A stretch of 63,717 nt of DNA, counting the filler, from Craspedostauros australis (Eukaryota): the NCBI GenBank assembly GCA_030167865.1. It is 9 parts of 9 records of this genome, joined end to end, with 100 filler letters (N's around TTAATTAATTAA, not from the genome) between each part and the next. Parts side by side here need not be neighbours in the genome. Positions count along the whole stretch, not along the records: positions 15,999 to 34,969 come from JALAGF010006027.1; positions 35,070 to 47,456 come from JALAGF010006028.1; 7 more parts are not named here. The stretch is one strand, 5' to 3'. The notes below the pieces were generated by a model that was not told the DNA's origin, ran no database searches, and saw only the letters and a program-made list of their open reading frames with translations. The first letter of the stretch is position 1, and every line of letters starts with the position of its first letter. Below are positions 24,803 through 35,891 of the stretch, in pieces. The position numbers and the translations under genes were made by a program.

Positions 24803-26137
24803 CTACAGATAGGCTTTGAGAGAGCCCTCGATCATTAGGACAGCGATGAGTTTCCCATCACATGCGTACTGTCGAATCGCGGACTTGACTGCGCCAGATT
24901 CAGTGCACGCAGCGCCGGACACGAATACTTGATCACCCCCATTGCTGCTGCCATCGCTGTTACTGCTCCTACTGCTGCATGTGAGCAGTGATGTCACATG
25001 GCCATCGTCACCGTTGCTGGAGCAGACATAGCGCTTGGATATTTCCTGGATCGATTGGACCGCCGTCCACGCCACGAACGGGCGCTGCTTTGTTGCAGGT
25101 TCCTTGGATATTGGGCGTTCTGGTGTGTTGTCAGTAGGATCTGGCATTGCATTGGCGTCGCCACTATCGCCATCGTGATCACTGCACGTAAGAGAAGCAA
25201 TAGCGCTGCTCTGCTTCATGCGTTCCCACTTGACGCGCTGCAGCATCCATGGTTGGGAGAGGGATGGCATGGAACATTTGATCACCTTGTTCACCACCAC
25301 CGTTGGCACCAGCTGCGTACACTCATCGACCGCTGCCGGCACTGCTGCCGCTGTTTCTCCTGTCATTACCTCCACGGCGCTCAACTCTCGATCGCCACAA
25401 GCTGGTTTCTTGCATTGAATTGCGCTTGTGACCATGGTTTGAACGCCGACGCCGTTGCCGTCGCGTGAAGCGTCATTGCTCGTTTCGTTTGCGTCGCTCA
25501 CTGTGACTTCGCATGACACGACGACTCTGCACTTGCCGAAGGAATGGTTGGATTGGAATGCGCTCGTGCTCGCCGATTTGTCCTTGCCAGGTGTCCACAA
25601 TACCACCGGCCCCACAGTGTAGCTGCCATCGTCGGTGAACGCGAAGCCATCGTTGGCACGGTTCAGGTACGTCAGCTGTGCTGGTGCTGGTGCTGGTGGC
25701 GCTGTTGTAGCCTGTGGCTCATCGCCACCAGCAACTGTCTGCAACGGATCCAGATCCCGGATGCCCTGGACGGCACCGCCGCAGCTCCTCATCACTTCCT
25801 CGACCTTGAAGTGCTGAACGTCGAACGCATTTGGTGAACCATCGTCATCTTCCAATGTGGTATCTTCTGACGCAGCGGCGGAATTGGCTGTGCCACCACC
25901 ACCAACGCCGCCACGACCAACGATACCACCACCAACGATATCCAGAGCATAATCCCAACCCCCGACCAGTTCCTCGCTGAAGTGATCAAAGCGAGGCGGC
26001 GGATGAGGAGAGAACGCGAGTGCCTGGCATGGCTTGATGAGCGTCAATGACGGCGCCGCCAATAGCAAGGCCGACGTTGATGACAGTGATGCGAAGGAAG
26101 CCAGATGCAATGCGATTGCGTTGGCGAGACGGATCAT
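24803..26137 (-). CDS. Hypothetical protein with an N-terminal signal/plastid-like presequence
   Basis: Long ORF with a hydrophobic N-terminus ending ALA-F. Conserved-looking blocks VEEVMRSCGGAVQGIRD and YLNRANDGFAFTDDGSY. Confidence 0.6.
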   Translation of the reverse strand: MIRLANAIALHLASFASLSSTSALLLAAPSLTLIKPCQALAFSPHPPPRFDHFSEELVGGWDYALDIVGGGIVGRGGVGGGGTANSAAASEDTTLEDDDGSPNAFDVQHFKVEEVMRSCGGAVQGIRDLDPLQTVAGGDEPQATTAPPAPAPAQLTYLNRANDGFAFTDDGSYTVGPVVLWTPGKDKSASTSAFQSNHSFGKCRVVVSCEVTVSDANETSNDASRDGNGVGVQTMVTSAIQCKKPACGDRELSAVEVMTGETAAAVPAAVDECTQLVPTVVVNKVIKCSMPSLSQPWMLQRVKWERMKQSSAIASLTCSDHDGDSGDANAMPDPTDNTPERPISKEPATKQRPFVAWTAVQSIQEISKRYVCSSNGDDGHVTSLLTCSSRSSNSDGSSNGGDQVFVSGAACTESGAVKSAIRQYACDGKLIAVLMIEGSLKAYL

Positions 26138-28008
26138 ATGGTGCGTATGTACTACTCTTCGTGGGCGTGCGTCAGAGTCGAGAATCGATGATGGACTGAA
26201 CCGTGATGATGGTGGATCGATCGTCTCGTTGGAAAGTGGCGCGCATCCACATCTGCGGATCTTCGTTGGAGTTGTGTTGTCAAGCGTGTGCGTGCGTTGA
26301 CGAACACAATTCCAAACTTCAACCACGAAAGTCCGATTGCGTCCGTCAAAGTGTTCGTAAAATAGTCTGTAACCAAAATATCAAATTTTGCCGTTGATGT
26401 CCAATAGTTAAGCTGTAGGCCAATGGAATGTCTGTGAAGCGTTCTGTCCAAAATGACCATTAGTCACGGCATGGTGCAAGGGCTATTGCAGAACTGGAGG
26501 GAGCCAGATCATCCGAGTTTTCTCCCGATTTATCCGGTTGTCCAGATCTTGACATAGGCGGTAGCATTCATACGCTCATCTCGCGGTGGTCGCCGCATCG
26601 CGTTGAGGGAAAGAACACGAGCAAACACAAGCCACGAGCGGATGGCCATGACGTTGCGGGCTTGTGTGGATGAAGATAGCGACATGGATACGACATTTCA
26701 GAATTTCTGGCTTCGCCGAGAGGAGGGAATGCCAGTGTGAAAATGGCGCCAAGAGTTGGAGAGAGGATGATTTCGCAGAGTAAGACACGGACACAAGAAC
26801 GAAGCAAGAAAGGAGGAGGATGTTGGAGCCGGCAGTTCGAGTTGTCGTCCCAAAGTTGCGGTGGTGGCGCCAGCAATCGCGCGAGGCTCTGCAAGATAGG
26901 AATCGCTTTCGGCTGTGATGAACTATGAAGAGCATGGCGTAGTTCGTGGGGACAATAGTAGACTGCCGTACTCGTTGAGAGTAGTTGTACGACTATGCTG
27001 GCGAATAGAGGACCTTGTGACTCGGGCACCCTGCTCTATCATACCTCGGACTTCGTTCCTGCTCTGCTCTTCGACCCATGGTTGGGGACGACGTCAGCAG
27101 TAACCAATGATGATGCCCCTGTCGAGCGACTTCTTGTTGCGCCTGGTTTTGCTGCTGTTGTTGGTGTGGATATCCCTTGTTGCTATTGTTACTATTGCGG
27201 CTATTGGCTGCTGCCATGCTATAACACTCTAACACATTGTCCTTTGGTTGAAGATGATGCCGGCGGTGCTGCTGTTGTTGATGTCGATGCTAACGTTGAT
27301 GCTGGCGATGAGTGTTTGGTTCCAAGAGGAATTTAGGAAGCCATGAGGCGAAGAGATGGCAGAGCGACGGAATGAGGCATGTTCGCGAGGGGAGGCAACG
27401 CACGAGTCGTGATGATAGACATGACGAGACGATGGCGAAAAGGAAAACGAATTCGACAAGAAACTAGAGCAACTGAATCCGTGACGTCGACTAACTGGTT
27501 TGCCGAACCCTTTGGGTGATGTGTTGTCGCGGAGCACTTCGTCTACTATCTCGTAGTGGCACGCAGCCAGCTGTGTACGGTGGTTAGGTTGAATTCATGA
27601 TGCTAGTGTTTCTATTGTGTGGTGTATTAGTTCGTGATTTGCTGTATAGGACTCCTCTATGCTGTGCTCGTATTGGGATGGATGCGAGGCAGCCAAGATG
27701 CGGAGTATGGGTCGGAAGAGCGGAGCATGTATTTCCACTTGTGTACCATACTCTAGTCGTATCCCGTGTTGTTTGCATGCGATATGATACCGCAGATGGC
27801 CTTGGTTTGGTTGTGTGGTGAACCAATGTGGCCTTTCATCCCGGCACAAGAGTTGCCGTTGTTCACTGTCTGCTTTGCTCCACTGTGCTTGTCTTTGTCC
27901 TTGTGCTTATTTGTCTGTAGGTGTGTATTAGTATGTAGGGATAGATAGGTATGAGATTATGTGTGTGTGCGTGTGTGTGTCTGTGTGTACGTGCGTGAGG
28001 ATATGTCT

Positions 28009-28887
28009 CTAGGCACGACGTTCTGGCTGCGACGGTGCCTGGGCAGGCGATGAGCGACGCTGAGCCGCGCACAGCTGCGCGTTGGTTGCGGACTCGATGG
28101 CCTTCGCGATGCTAGTGCCGCCCGAATTGAACGCTTCGCCGGCATCGTGTGTGCCGGAAAGCATGGCGATGTTAGCGGACTCCGCGCTGAACTTCTGGGC
28201 TTCGCGAGCAATGAGGTCGGCGTTGCCCTTGTGTTCGCGGCAGACGTTGAGGATGTGCTTCATGTTGTGTCTGTGCGCACGTTCGCGGTCTGGGAAGTAG
28301 ATCTCGAGGCCACGGAGTGTGTCGTCCCATTCGTTGGTCCACGGCTTGCCCTTGAGCCTGGCCGTGACCTGTCGCTTGGCGTAGCGCTTGAACGACTTGA
28401 TCTCCGAGTGCCGGAACCAGATCTGCGACCGCTCTTCCTTGGGCATGTTGGCGCAATTCCGGACATGACCCAGCACTCTGGCTCCGCACACTCCGTGAGT
28501 CTTCGTGTTTGCAGCGGAGGAATCGAATCTCACCCGTCTCTTGCCTTCGCTCAGTCCCAGCTCCAATCCTTGCTGCTGCTGCTGTTGGTATTGATAGAAC
28601 TGCTGTTGGTACTGCTGCTGGTACTGCTGCTGGAGCTGGGGTGGCAGCTGGTTCAGGTCCAAGTTCATGTTCACGTTCGTGTACATCTGCGCATTCATGT
28701 TGTTCCACTGCTGCTGCTGTTGTTGTTGTTGCTGCTGCGTGTCGAAGTCCATTGGCATGGGCTGGCATGAGCTATCACCATGGTCGACGACGTCGTTTGC
28801 GCTGCTGAGGTTGTTCATGGCATCGAGCGAGAGCGCTGGGAGGTTCAGTGAGACGGCGTCAGCCATGGGTTCGGATGAATGGTCCAT
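28009..28887 (-). CDS. Hypothetical Gln-rich protein of a diatom-expanded family
   Basis: 292-aa ORF with strong codon bias and the pattern RRVRF...EERSQIWF...EIKSFK...LRGLE. Confidence 0.7.
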   Translation of the reverse strand: MDHSSEPMADAVSLNLPALSLDAMNNLSSANDVVDHGDSSCQPMPMDFDTQQQQQQQQQQWNNMNAQMYTNVNMNLDLNQLPPQLQQQYQQQYQQQFYQYQQQQQQGLELGLSEGKRRVRFDSSAANTKTHGVCGARVLGHVRNCANMPKEERSQIWFRHSEIKSFKRYAKRQVTARLKGKPWTNEWDDTLRGLEIYFPDRERAHRHNMKHILNVCREHKGNADLIAREAQKFSAESANIAMLSGTHDAGEAFNSGGTSIAKAIESATNAQLCAAQRRSSPAQAPSQPERRA

Positions 28888-31800
28888 TGATGCGGAGCGG
28901 AGTGCTTCCTCTGTTGATTAGGGTGTTTGAGTTGTTTGTTGGTTGCCTCTTGCGGATTGAGGCGAGGGAGATGTTTGAGGTGTGTGGAGGGGTGATGTTA
29001 TGGCTGTTTGGTTGCTTGTTGGCTGGGGGTGGCTCGTTCTTGGTTGCTGGTTGCTGGATGGTCTGTTTGTGATTGTGTTGGTTGGGTTGTGTGTCTCTCT
29101 CTCTCTCTCTTTCTTGCCACCCGTCCCCGCTTGCTTCTTTCCTTGGCGTTTTGGTTTGTTTGTCTCCTGTTCGTGCTTGTGTCTTGCTGTTCGTCGTGGT
29201 CCGACCTACGGGAACTGGACGATTCTCTCTCTCTCTTTTGTTTTTGTACCATGTTTTGCCCTGTTGTTTCGGGTGCCTCCTGCTCTGTTTCCCGCGCAGG
29301 AACCAGTACTGCGTTAAATCACGGACCCTTGCAAAGTACACGCGTGTGCCAGCGAAGTTCTGGCACGAACACGAAACTGAATACACAAGCCACAGGAGCT
29401 ACCTGACCACGAGCCACGCGTAGCCGGTTAACAGCCCCCGTGTCTTGTTTTGGTTTTGGTTGTGGGATTGTTTCGTCGCCACCGCGTATCGCGTGCTCTG
29501 TCTTGGTCTTGTCCAAGATGGTTGTGAGGTAGGAAGTGGGTTGTTGGTTGGTTCGGGAATTCCGTCGAGTTGGTAGTGTTCGACTTTTTTGTTTGCTTTG
29601 CCCTTATGTCCACGCTAGTCGTCCTTGTACCCGTTGATAATAAAGGGATTGCCGCATGCCAACGCCTACGATTTCGGTTGCAACTAAGACTTTGAAAATG
29701 TCACTCCAGCCAGTGCGCGAAAGAACAGACAAGGCGCGTCTCGTAGACACCACACAAGGAGGTGGCAAACGCTGCGTTATGAGTCGAAGGACACAACAGG
29801 ATGACCACGGAATCTTGGGGGTGGATAAATCGAAGCGCTGATCCTATCAAGGCGCCATCGCCTTTCAATCGTAGTCACGAATAACAATGACTACAGAAGG
29901 TTAACTCTCTTTCGCCGCGAGGAAGCTTTCAGCAAGGTGGAGGCATAAGTGCAGATCATCGATGGCATCGATTGCCGCCTTGGATCACTCGCCCGTGTTC
30001 CATTCAGTGCGACATGTCCATTCACGGGTTCATCGTCCGCAAGATGTCTATCGCTCACATTTTTTGCGCACATCTATGTGCACTGCAGTGCACAGACTAA
30101 CTCTCGATTACGGACTCCAAGATTTCCGGGATGATCTGATTGTTCGTTGCGTTCGTGTGTGTGCGTGTGTGTTGCCACATCTTCGTCCACTGGTTGGAAC
30201 TTGCGAACTATCTGGACCACGAGTCCATGAGTATGCACAGAGTCCCCTCAACTCGCACCCATGCCACGCTGACACACATCTCGCGCGTACCACAACAACA
30301 AAGTCGTCGTTGGATCTGCGCGGCGGTGGCCCTTGTTCGTGGTCGTTGGGCTTTGAGCGATCATGGTGAGAGACATTCTCAGAATCCTGGAGGCTAGTTG
30401 TTTGAATGCTGCAGGCCATGGCGGAAGAAAGTACCTGCCACATCAGGAAAGGGGACAGAATCTGGTCCAAACAGGATGCAGACGCTGTTGTCATCAACAC
30501 AACGCGACTCCCTCCCTCCCCAGTTCCGATCCACGGTGCGGATACGCAGCACAAGTATTCTGTCAGGGTGCTGCAGCATGACTGTCACAGGTATGCCGAT
30601 CAGGAGCGCCATGGTGGAATGCCGAGGTATAACTCGCTTCTCATTTTCTGCTCGCCAGGCACGAGCATGCGAAATGCATACATCCGTGTGTGGCTGTGCC
30701 TGGCGAGGGTGGTACGAGTACACGATAAGACCATACGGCTACTCGAACTGTAACTTGCATCACATGAGCGCCATCTCCGATCGGCGAGCGACGAACGACG
30801 AGTACAAAGGAGAGTCCCCTCGACCAGATGCAGCTGCACCACACGAAATGTGATCTCGACGACGGTGTCATGAAAGAGGCAGAAAGGGATGTTCGTCAAC
30901 AATTGTCTCTGGACTCCACTGTGATTCAAGGAAAAGTCTCAGTGCTTCTGTTCTGTCCTCACCCCTTCGTGGCCACCATGTCCATGTGGTGCTCATGTTG
31001 TCGTTTGACCGACGCTGTTGGCTACTTGTACTTCTGCGGAAGGATGTCATGTTTCTTGATAGTATCATCAGGTAGAGGCATCGTCGCGGCAGAATCAAGA
31101 ACACAACCTGCACCACCACAGTCATCCAATGCCGATTCTTTGTGCCACAACTCTGCCATGCGTATTAGAGGGGTTCGAGTGGCTATTTTTTGGCATGGCC
31201 GGCGACCCCAGCCAATCAAATGGCTTAGACTTTATCACTTCGACGAGCAAGCCATCCCATTGAAGGGTGAATTGAGGGGAGTTTGGGTCAATTTTCCCCA
31301 GCTTTGTTGCGCTTGGGGTTCTCATTTGGTACCGTGTGACGCAGACGATCTGTTCCGTGTCCGATTGATTCTCGTTGTGAACGCTGACAGAGGTGGCGGG
31401 ATTGCGTGGTTGGTTTCGCACGAGGAATTGTGGAACTTTGACACTTTCTCAGAAATCACGTATTGAGCAAATAAACTGCAANNNNNNNNNNNNNNNNNNN
31501 NNNNNNNNNNNNNNNNNNNNNNNNNNNNNNNACGTATTGAGCAAATAAACTGCAATTATTTACGTGCAGTATCTCCGTTTGAGTATCTCCAGGTGACAAA
31601 CTGCATTGTCGTAACTGAACGACGATTCCGACCGATACGTTCATGATATCGTTGCGATGGGACTATCGTATGCTCAGTATTGTTGTCGTTTAGTACTAGT
31701 ATTACCGCAATAGTACCAAGACATACGCAAAATTGACAAAATTGTTTTCTACAAAATCCCAACAAAACAAGGACAGAAGTGTTCCTTTGATGTGAACGGC

Positions 31801-32493
31801 GACACAGCAGTTGGCTGTTGAGATACTTCTGNCGGTAGTATCCGTTTTGGTATCATGTCGTCGGCTGTGACTTTGTGAACACAGTTGTGAGCGAGATTCT
31901 GGGTCTTTGTGTGACACCAGAAAACAACAACAACAACATTGGCATCAAGATCGACAATGGCATCGGTGCTGTTGCCGAGTACACGTACCCACAGGTCTGT
32001 GTTAGCTAGCAGGATGAGCTCACGCTACAAATGTACGCAATACTTGGCACACTGGTCATATGCAACACATGCGCACATCACAGCAAACCAATAACAAAAA
32101 TGACGATGATGATTACAATGGCATAAACATGCTGCTGTTGGTCACAGTCACCACTGTGGCCTGCAATATGGGTTGAATTCAAGATTGCAGCTTTGGCAAC
32201 TTCACTCATGGGGCATCTGCTTTGGTGGTGNNNNNNNNNNNNNNNNNNNNNNNNNNNNNNNNNNNNNNNNNNNNNNNNNNNNNNNNNNNNNNNNNNNNNN
32301 NNNNNNNNNNNCCAGTTCCGGCGTTGGCATCCAGGTTGGGATCTTTCCTCTACATTCAATGGGCAGAGATCCTTTGAGAAGTGTATGATTGTTGGCGTTG
32401 GAAAGAGTGTTGGAGCAATGTTGTGGTGGCCTCGCGCAAGCAACAGGAAGCCTTGACACCATTGGACTCCATTCAACCTCAAGCATCCAGCTG

Positions 32494-33288
32494 TGTCGAG
32501 ATGTACATGCGTGTATATGTCAAGATGTACGTGTATATGTCCATTGTTCACCTGTTATTCTCTTATTCATGTACGGACGGTACAACTACATTCGTGTCAA
32601 TTGTATACTGTGATTTGTCAGAATCACAGTGGAAATGGAATACATGAAAATGAGCAGAATTTCTGGAGGAAATTTGCAATCGACGATTTCTGAGAGAATT
32701 GGAAATATCGTCTGTCCATCCATCAATGGTACCGAGAGAATCTCGAGGTACTTCCCAACTAAACCTCAGATGACAATATCATCTGACAGACTGCTGCATC
32801 ACCAATGGAACGTGACATCTGGAGAGCAGAAGGACGCCTACTGACGTCAACAGGATGTCACCATGTCACCACGTTGACATCTGTCTCTATGTCAGAAGCA
32901 GAAGGTGAAGATTTGATGACCAAAGGGCATCAAGATCATGGATACACGAGATGGAGTTCAAGTGGCAAGCGCTCATGGAGTAGAAGTCAGTAGTGAACAA
33001 ATGGAGTGTCAAATGTGGAGTATGCATTGAACACGGAGTATCATGTAGCATGAACATGCAACATTGAGAAGAGAGAGAATACGAATAGCAGCAAGAGAGC
33101 ATCTCGCGTACCAACTCATAGTCGGAGACCAATCTACNAAACACAGAGACGCGCCAAGAGCATTGGGCAAGAGAACGGAGACACAAAGAGGATTGGAGTG
33201 CTCAAGGAATGAAATAGCAAACAGAACAACTATCAACCAACACCGTCTTCCACGATCGCAAGTTATCCGTCCACGGAACTTGCCAACA
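32494..33288. mobile_element. Solo LTR, family B (~800 bp), diverged copy
   Basis: Ends TGTCGAGATG...TTGCCAACA, colinear with 46390-47198. No clear TSD. Confidence 0.8.
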
Positions 33289-33870
33289 TGTGTGCTCTGT
33301 TCTCTGGATACTCTGGTGTTGCAGATTTGTAGCTTGTTGGTTGTTGCTGATTGCTGATTGCGGATTGCTTTGCAGTAGGTTTGATGTTCAATGCTTGATG
33401 CCTTGCCTGCTGCTGGTTGCTTTCTCCTGGATCCTTTCCATGGATTTGTTGTTTGTGGCTGCATGCTCAGCTCTCTNNNNNNNNNNNNNNNNNNNNNNNN
33501 NNNNNNNNNNNNNNNNNNNNNNNNNNNNNNNNNNNNNNNNNNNNNNNNNNNNNNNNNNNNNNNNNNNNNNNNNNNNNNNNNNNNNNNNNNNNNNNNNNNN
33601 NNNNNNNNNNNNNNNNNNNNCAATTCACTACTGCTTGCCAAATGACATCTGGCAAGGATCACTGCTGATGCATTGATAGTTGGTGGTGGCAGAATACTCT
33701 GATCAATGCTCAGCCGTGTGTGAAGTTGTTGGGTGTGATCAGAAGCTCTCCAGCTGCTGTCTGGAGCCGCCCACTCATTGTTGATCGTTGGCAGATGTTT
33801 CAGCTCCTGCCTCATGCTGTGTTCTGATTGGCAAGTTGTTTCAGAACACAGAATGCAGTCTGCATGTTGA
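33289..33870 (-). repeat. Old degenerate repeat, inverted homologue of about 55360-55780
   Basis: Shared blocks such as gcaaccagcagcag..atcaagcat, actgcaaag, caacaccagagta and catttggcaa.cagtagtgaa. Confidence 0.65.
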
Positions 33871-34171
33871 ATAATGCTGACGAATTCATTGTACATTGGT
33901 GTCTGGCAGATGCTTCGCTGGATGCTTTGCCTGCTGTTTTTGCATTGGCAATGTGTGGTCTGATGAGATGGTGAAGACAGAGCAAAGGAACAATGGATAC
34001 ACCATGCATGCCCACTTCGATTGTTGCAAAGGATGATGGTGTCATTGCTGAAATGATCAGTGACGTAAGCATAGCATGACAAGTCCATGACTTGGTGCAC
34101 CGCACATCTGCGACAGTCAGGAGGTTCTGCAATGAATGACAACTCTGTTGCTTTGCTACAGTGAGGAAATG

Positions 34172-34702
34172 TAATAGAGCCCAAACGTATTGGCTGTTGT
34201 CTTGTTGGCTGTTGATAGCTGTGGGCAGAGGCTTGATTGGCAAGCGGTCCAAACGTGAGTCTTCAGGATCACAAGTAGTCAATTGAGAATACTAATGATG
34301 GGTGAAGAAACGTGCAGATTATGAGATTAGTGCTAAAGTTCTTCCCTGCGGGGAGGATCTCCTGTGGTGTCCTGAGTGACAGTGTGTATGGGTCGTGTAG
34401 CCCAAGTACCATGGGTCGAGATCCCTTGGCTGAGTTCCGTGAGAGACAATGGGTGATGATGTGCGATGCCGGGGCACTGTTTCCATGTGTCGGCGTTTTG
34501 GCGATGGTGGGTGTCAGTGGCTTGGTTATCGGAACTCTTCTGGTTCCTTGACACGGGTTCCAAAAATCTTCTTCAATGTTCTGGATCTGTCCCCAAACGT
34601 GGGGGCCAGTGAAGTATTCGTTCGATCTACTGGAATGCTGACAGGTCAGACGATTTGTAGTCTCTCTCTCTCTCTAAGGTGGGTACTAGTTTAGCTCTAT
34701 TA
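34172..34702 (-). mobile_element. Second copy (531 bp, inverted) of the TA-ended element, 5-bp TSD AAATG
   Basis: TAATAGAGC at 34172 and GCTCTATTA ending at 34702. AAATG lies at 34167-34171 and 34703-34707. The reverse complement is colinear with 11724-12251. Confidence 0.93.
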
Positions 34703-35069
34703 AAATGTGTGACGGATCCCATCAGGTTGTCCACTACAGCTGGGACAGTCCTTGTTTGGTGTGATGTGAGACAGGATGGAGCATCCCCCAGGTGTCGATA
34801 CTATCTATCTCTAGAGGCACATTGGCATGGCATGGCATGGCAGGGATGGATAGATGGATGGGTGTTTGTTGAGTGCCAAGTCTGTCACGGCTGAGTATGA
34901 GAGGGTGGGAGACTGTTGTGTTGGAGTCTATTTGTTGTTGGGGATTGTTTGTTGGCATGGCTTGGGTTCNNNNNNNNNNNNNNNNNNNNNNNNNNNNNNN
35001 NNNNNNNNNNNNNTTAATTAATTAANNNNNNNNNNNNNNNNNNNNNNNNNNNNNNNNNNNNNNNNNNNN

Positions 35070-35160
35070 GCAATGGCGATGGAGCGATGGCGGTGAAGCA
35101 ATGGCGGCGAAGCAATGGCGATGGAGCGATGGCGGTGAAGCAATGGCGGCGAAAACGATG
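35070..35160. repeat. Short minisatellite (42-bp unit, about 2 copies, built of gcaatggcg subunits)
   Basis: gcaatggcgatggagcgatggcggtgaagcaatggcggcgaa is repeated. Confidence 0.8.
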
Positions 35161-35891
35161 CCGGCGAAGCGACAGCAGCGAAGCGACAGCAGCGACAGTA
35201 ACGGTAACAGTAACGGTAGCAACAATATCAAGGTTTGTAGTAGATCAACCTTGAACCATCAAACCAACTTGATTCTTGATGCTTATAGATATGTATACAA
35301 TAGACTGGTAAACAAGACAAGAAGAGAGNNNNNNNNNNNNNNNNNNNNNAGAATAACATAGACTGCCAAAATCACTCCAAATTGTTTGCTTCAACTGTTC
35401 ACAACTCTGATGGTATGCTTCTCCTGGGGCAGACCCATCAATGATTGTGCGATTGATTTCATCAAAGGAGACAGCTGCCTGTGCATTCAGTATAGTCGAA
35501 GCTCCATTTGTCAACTTTCTGCTCCACTGGTCCCAGTATCGAAAAATGTCGCAGATGACATGTTGCAGATGGTATGTTTGACGCTCGGTTTGTCTGGGAC
35601 AGCTGCTCATTTTGATGACGCCCACAGGGCACATCACTTTGGAAAATGCAGACATGTGTGCATACAAGTACTGGCCTCTCAGGTGTGCTGTGGGCTTTCC
35701 ACCATCATTGTCCTCCTCCTTCTCTTCGTTGTGTCTGTTGCAATCTCTCAGGCTGCGGTTCTTGGGGCTGTCCTGTTCCTCGTCACATGTCCAGAAACAC
35801 CCAGCAAGCACCGATTCCAACAGTATCTTCGATTGTATATATCAATCCACCCATCGCCCTCCTTCGTTTGCCCTGCCACCACCTTTGGATC

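Noticed and set aside
34708..34969. Possible further LTR starts (TGTGACGG at 34708, TGTCACGG near 34883)
   Set aside because: No matching ends or second copies in the window, so they are unsupported.
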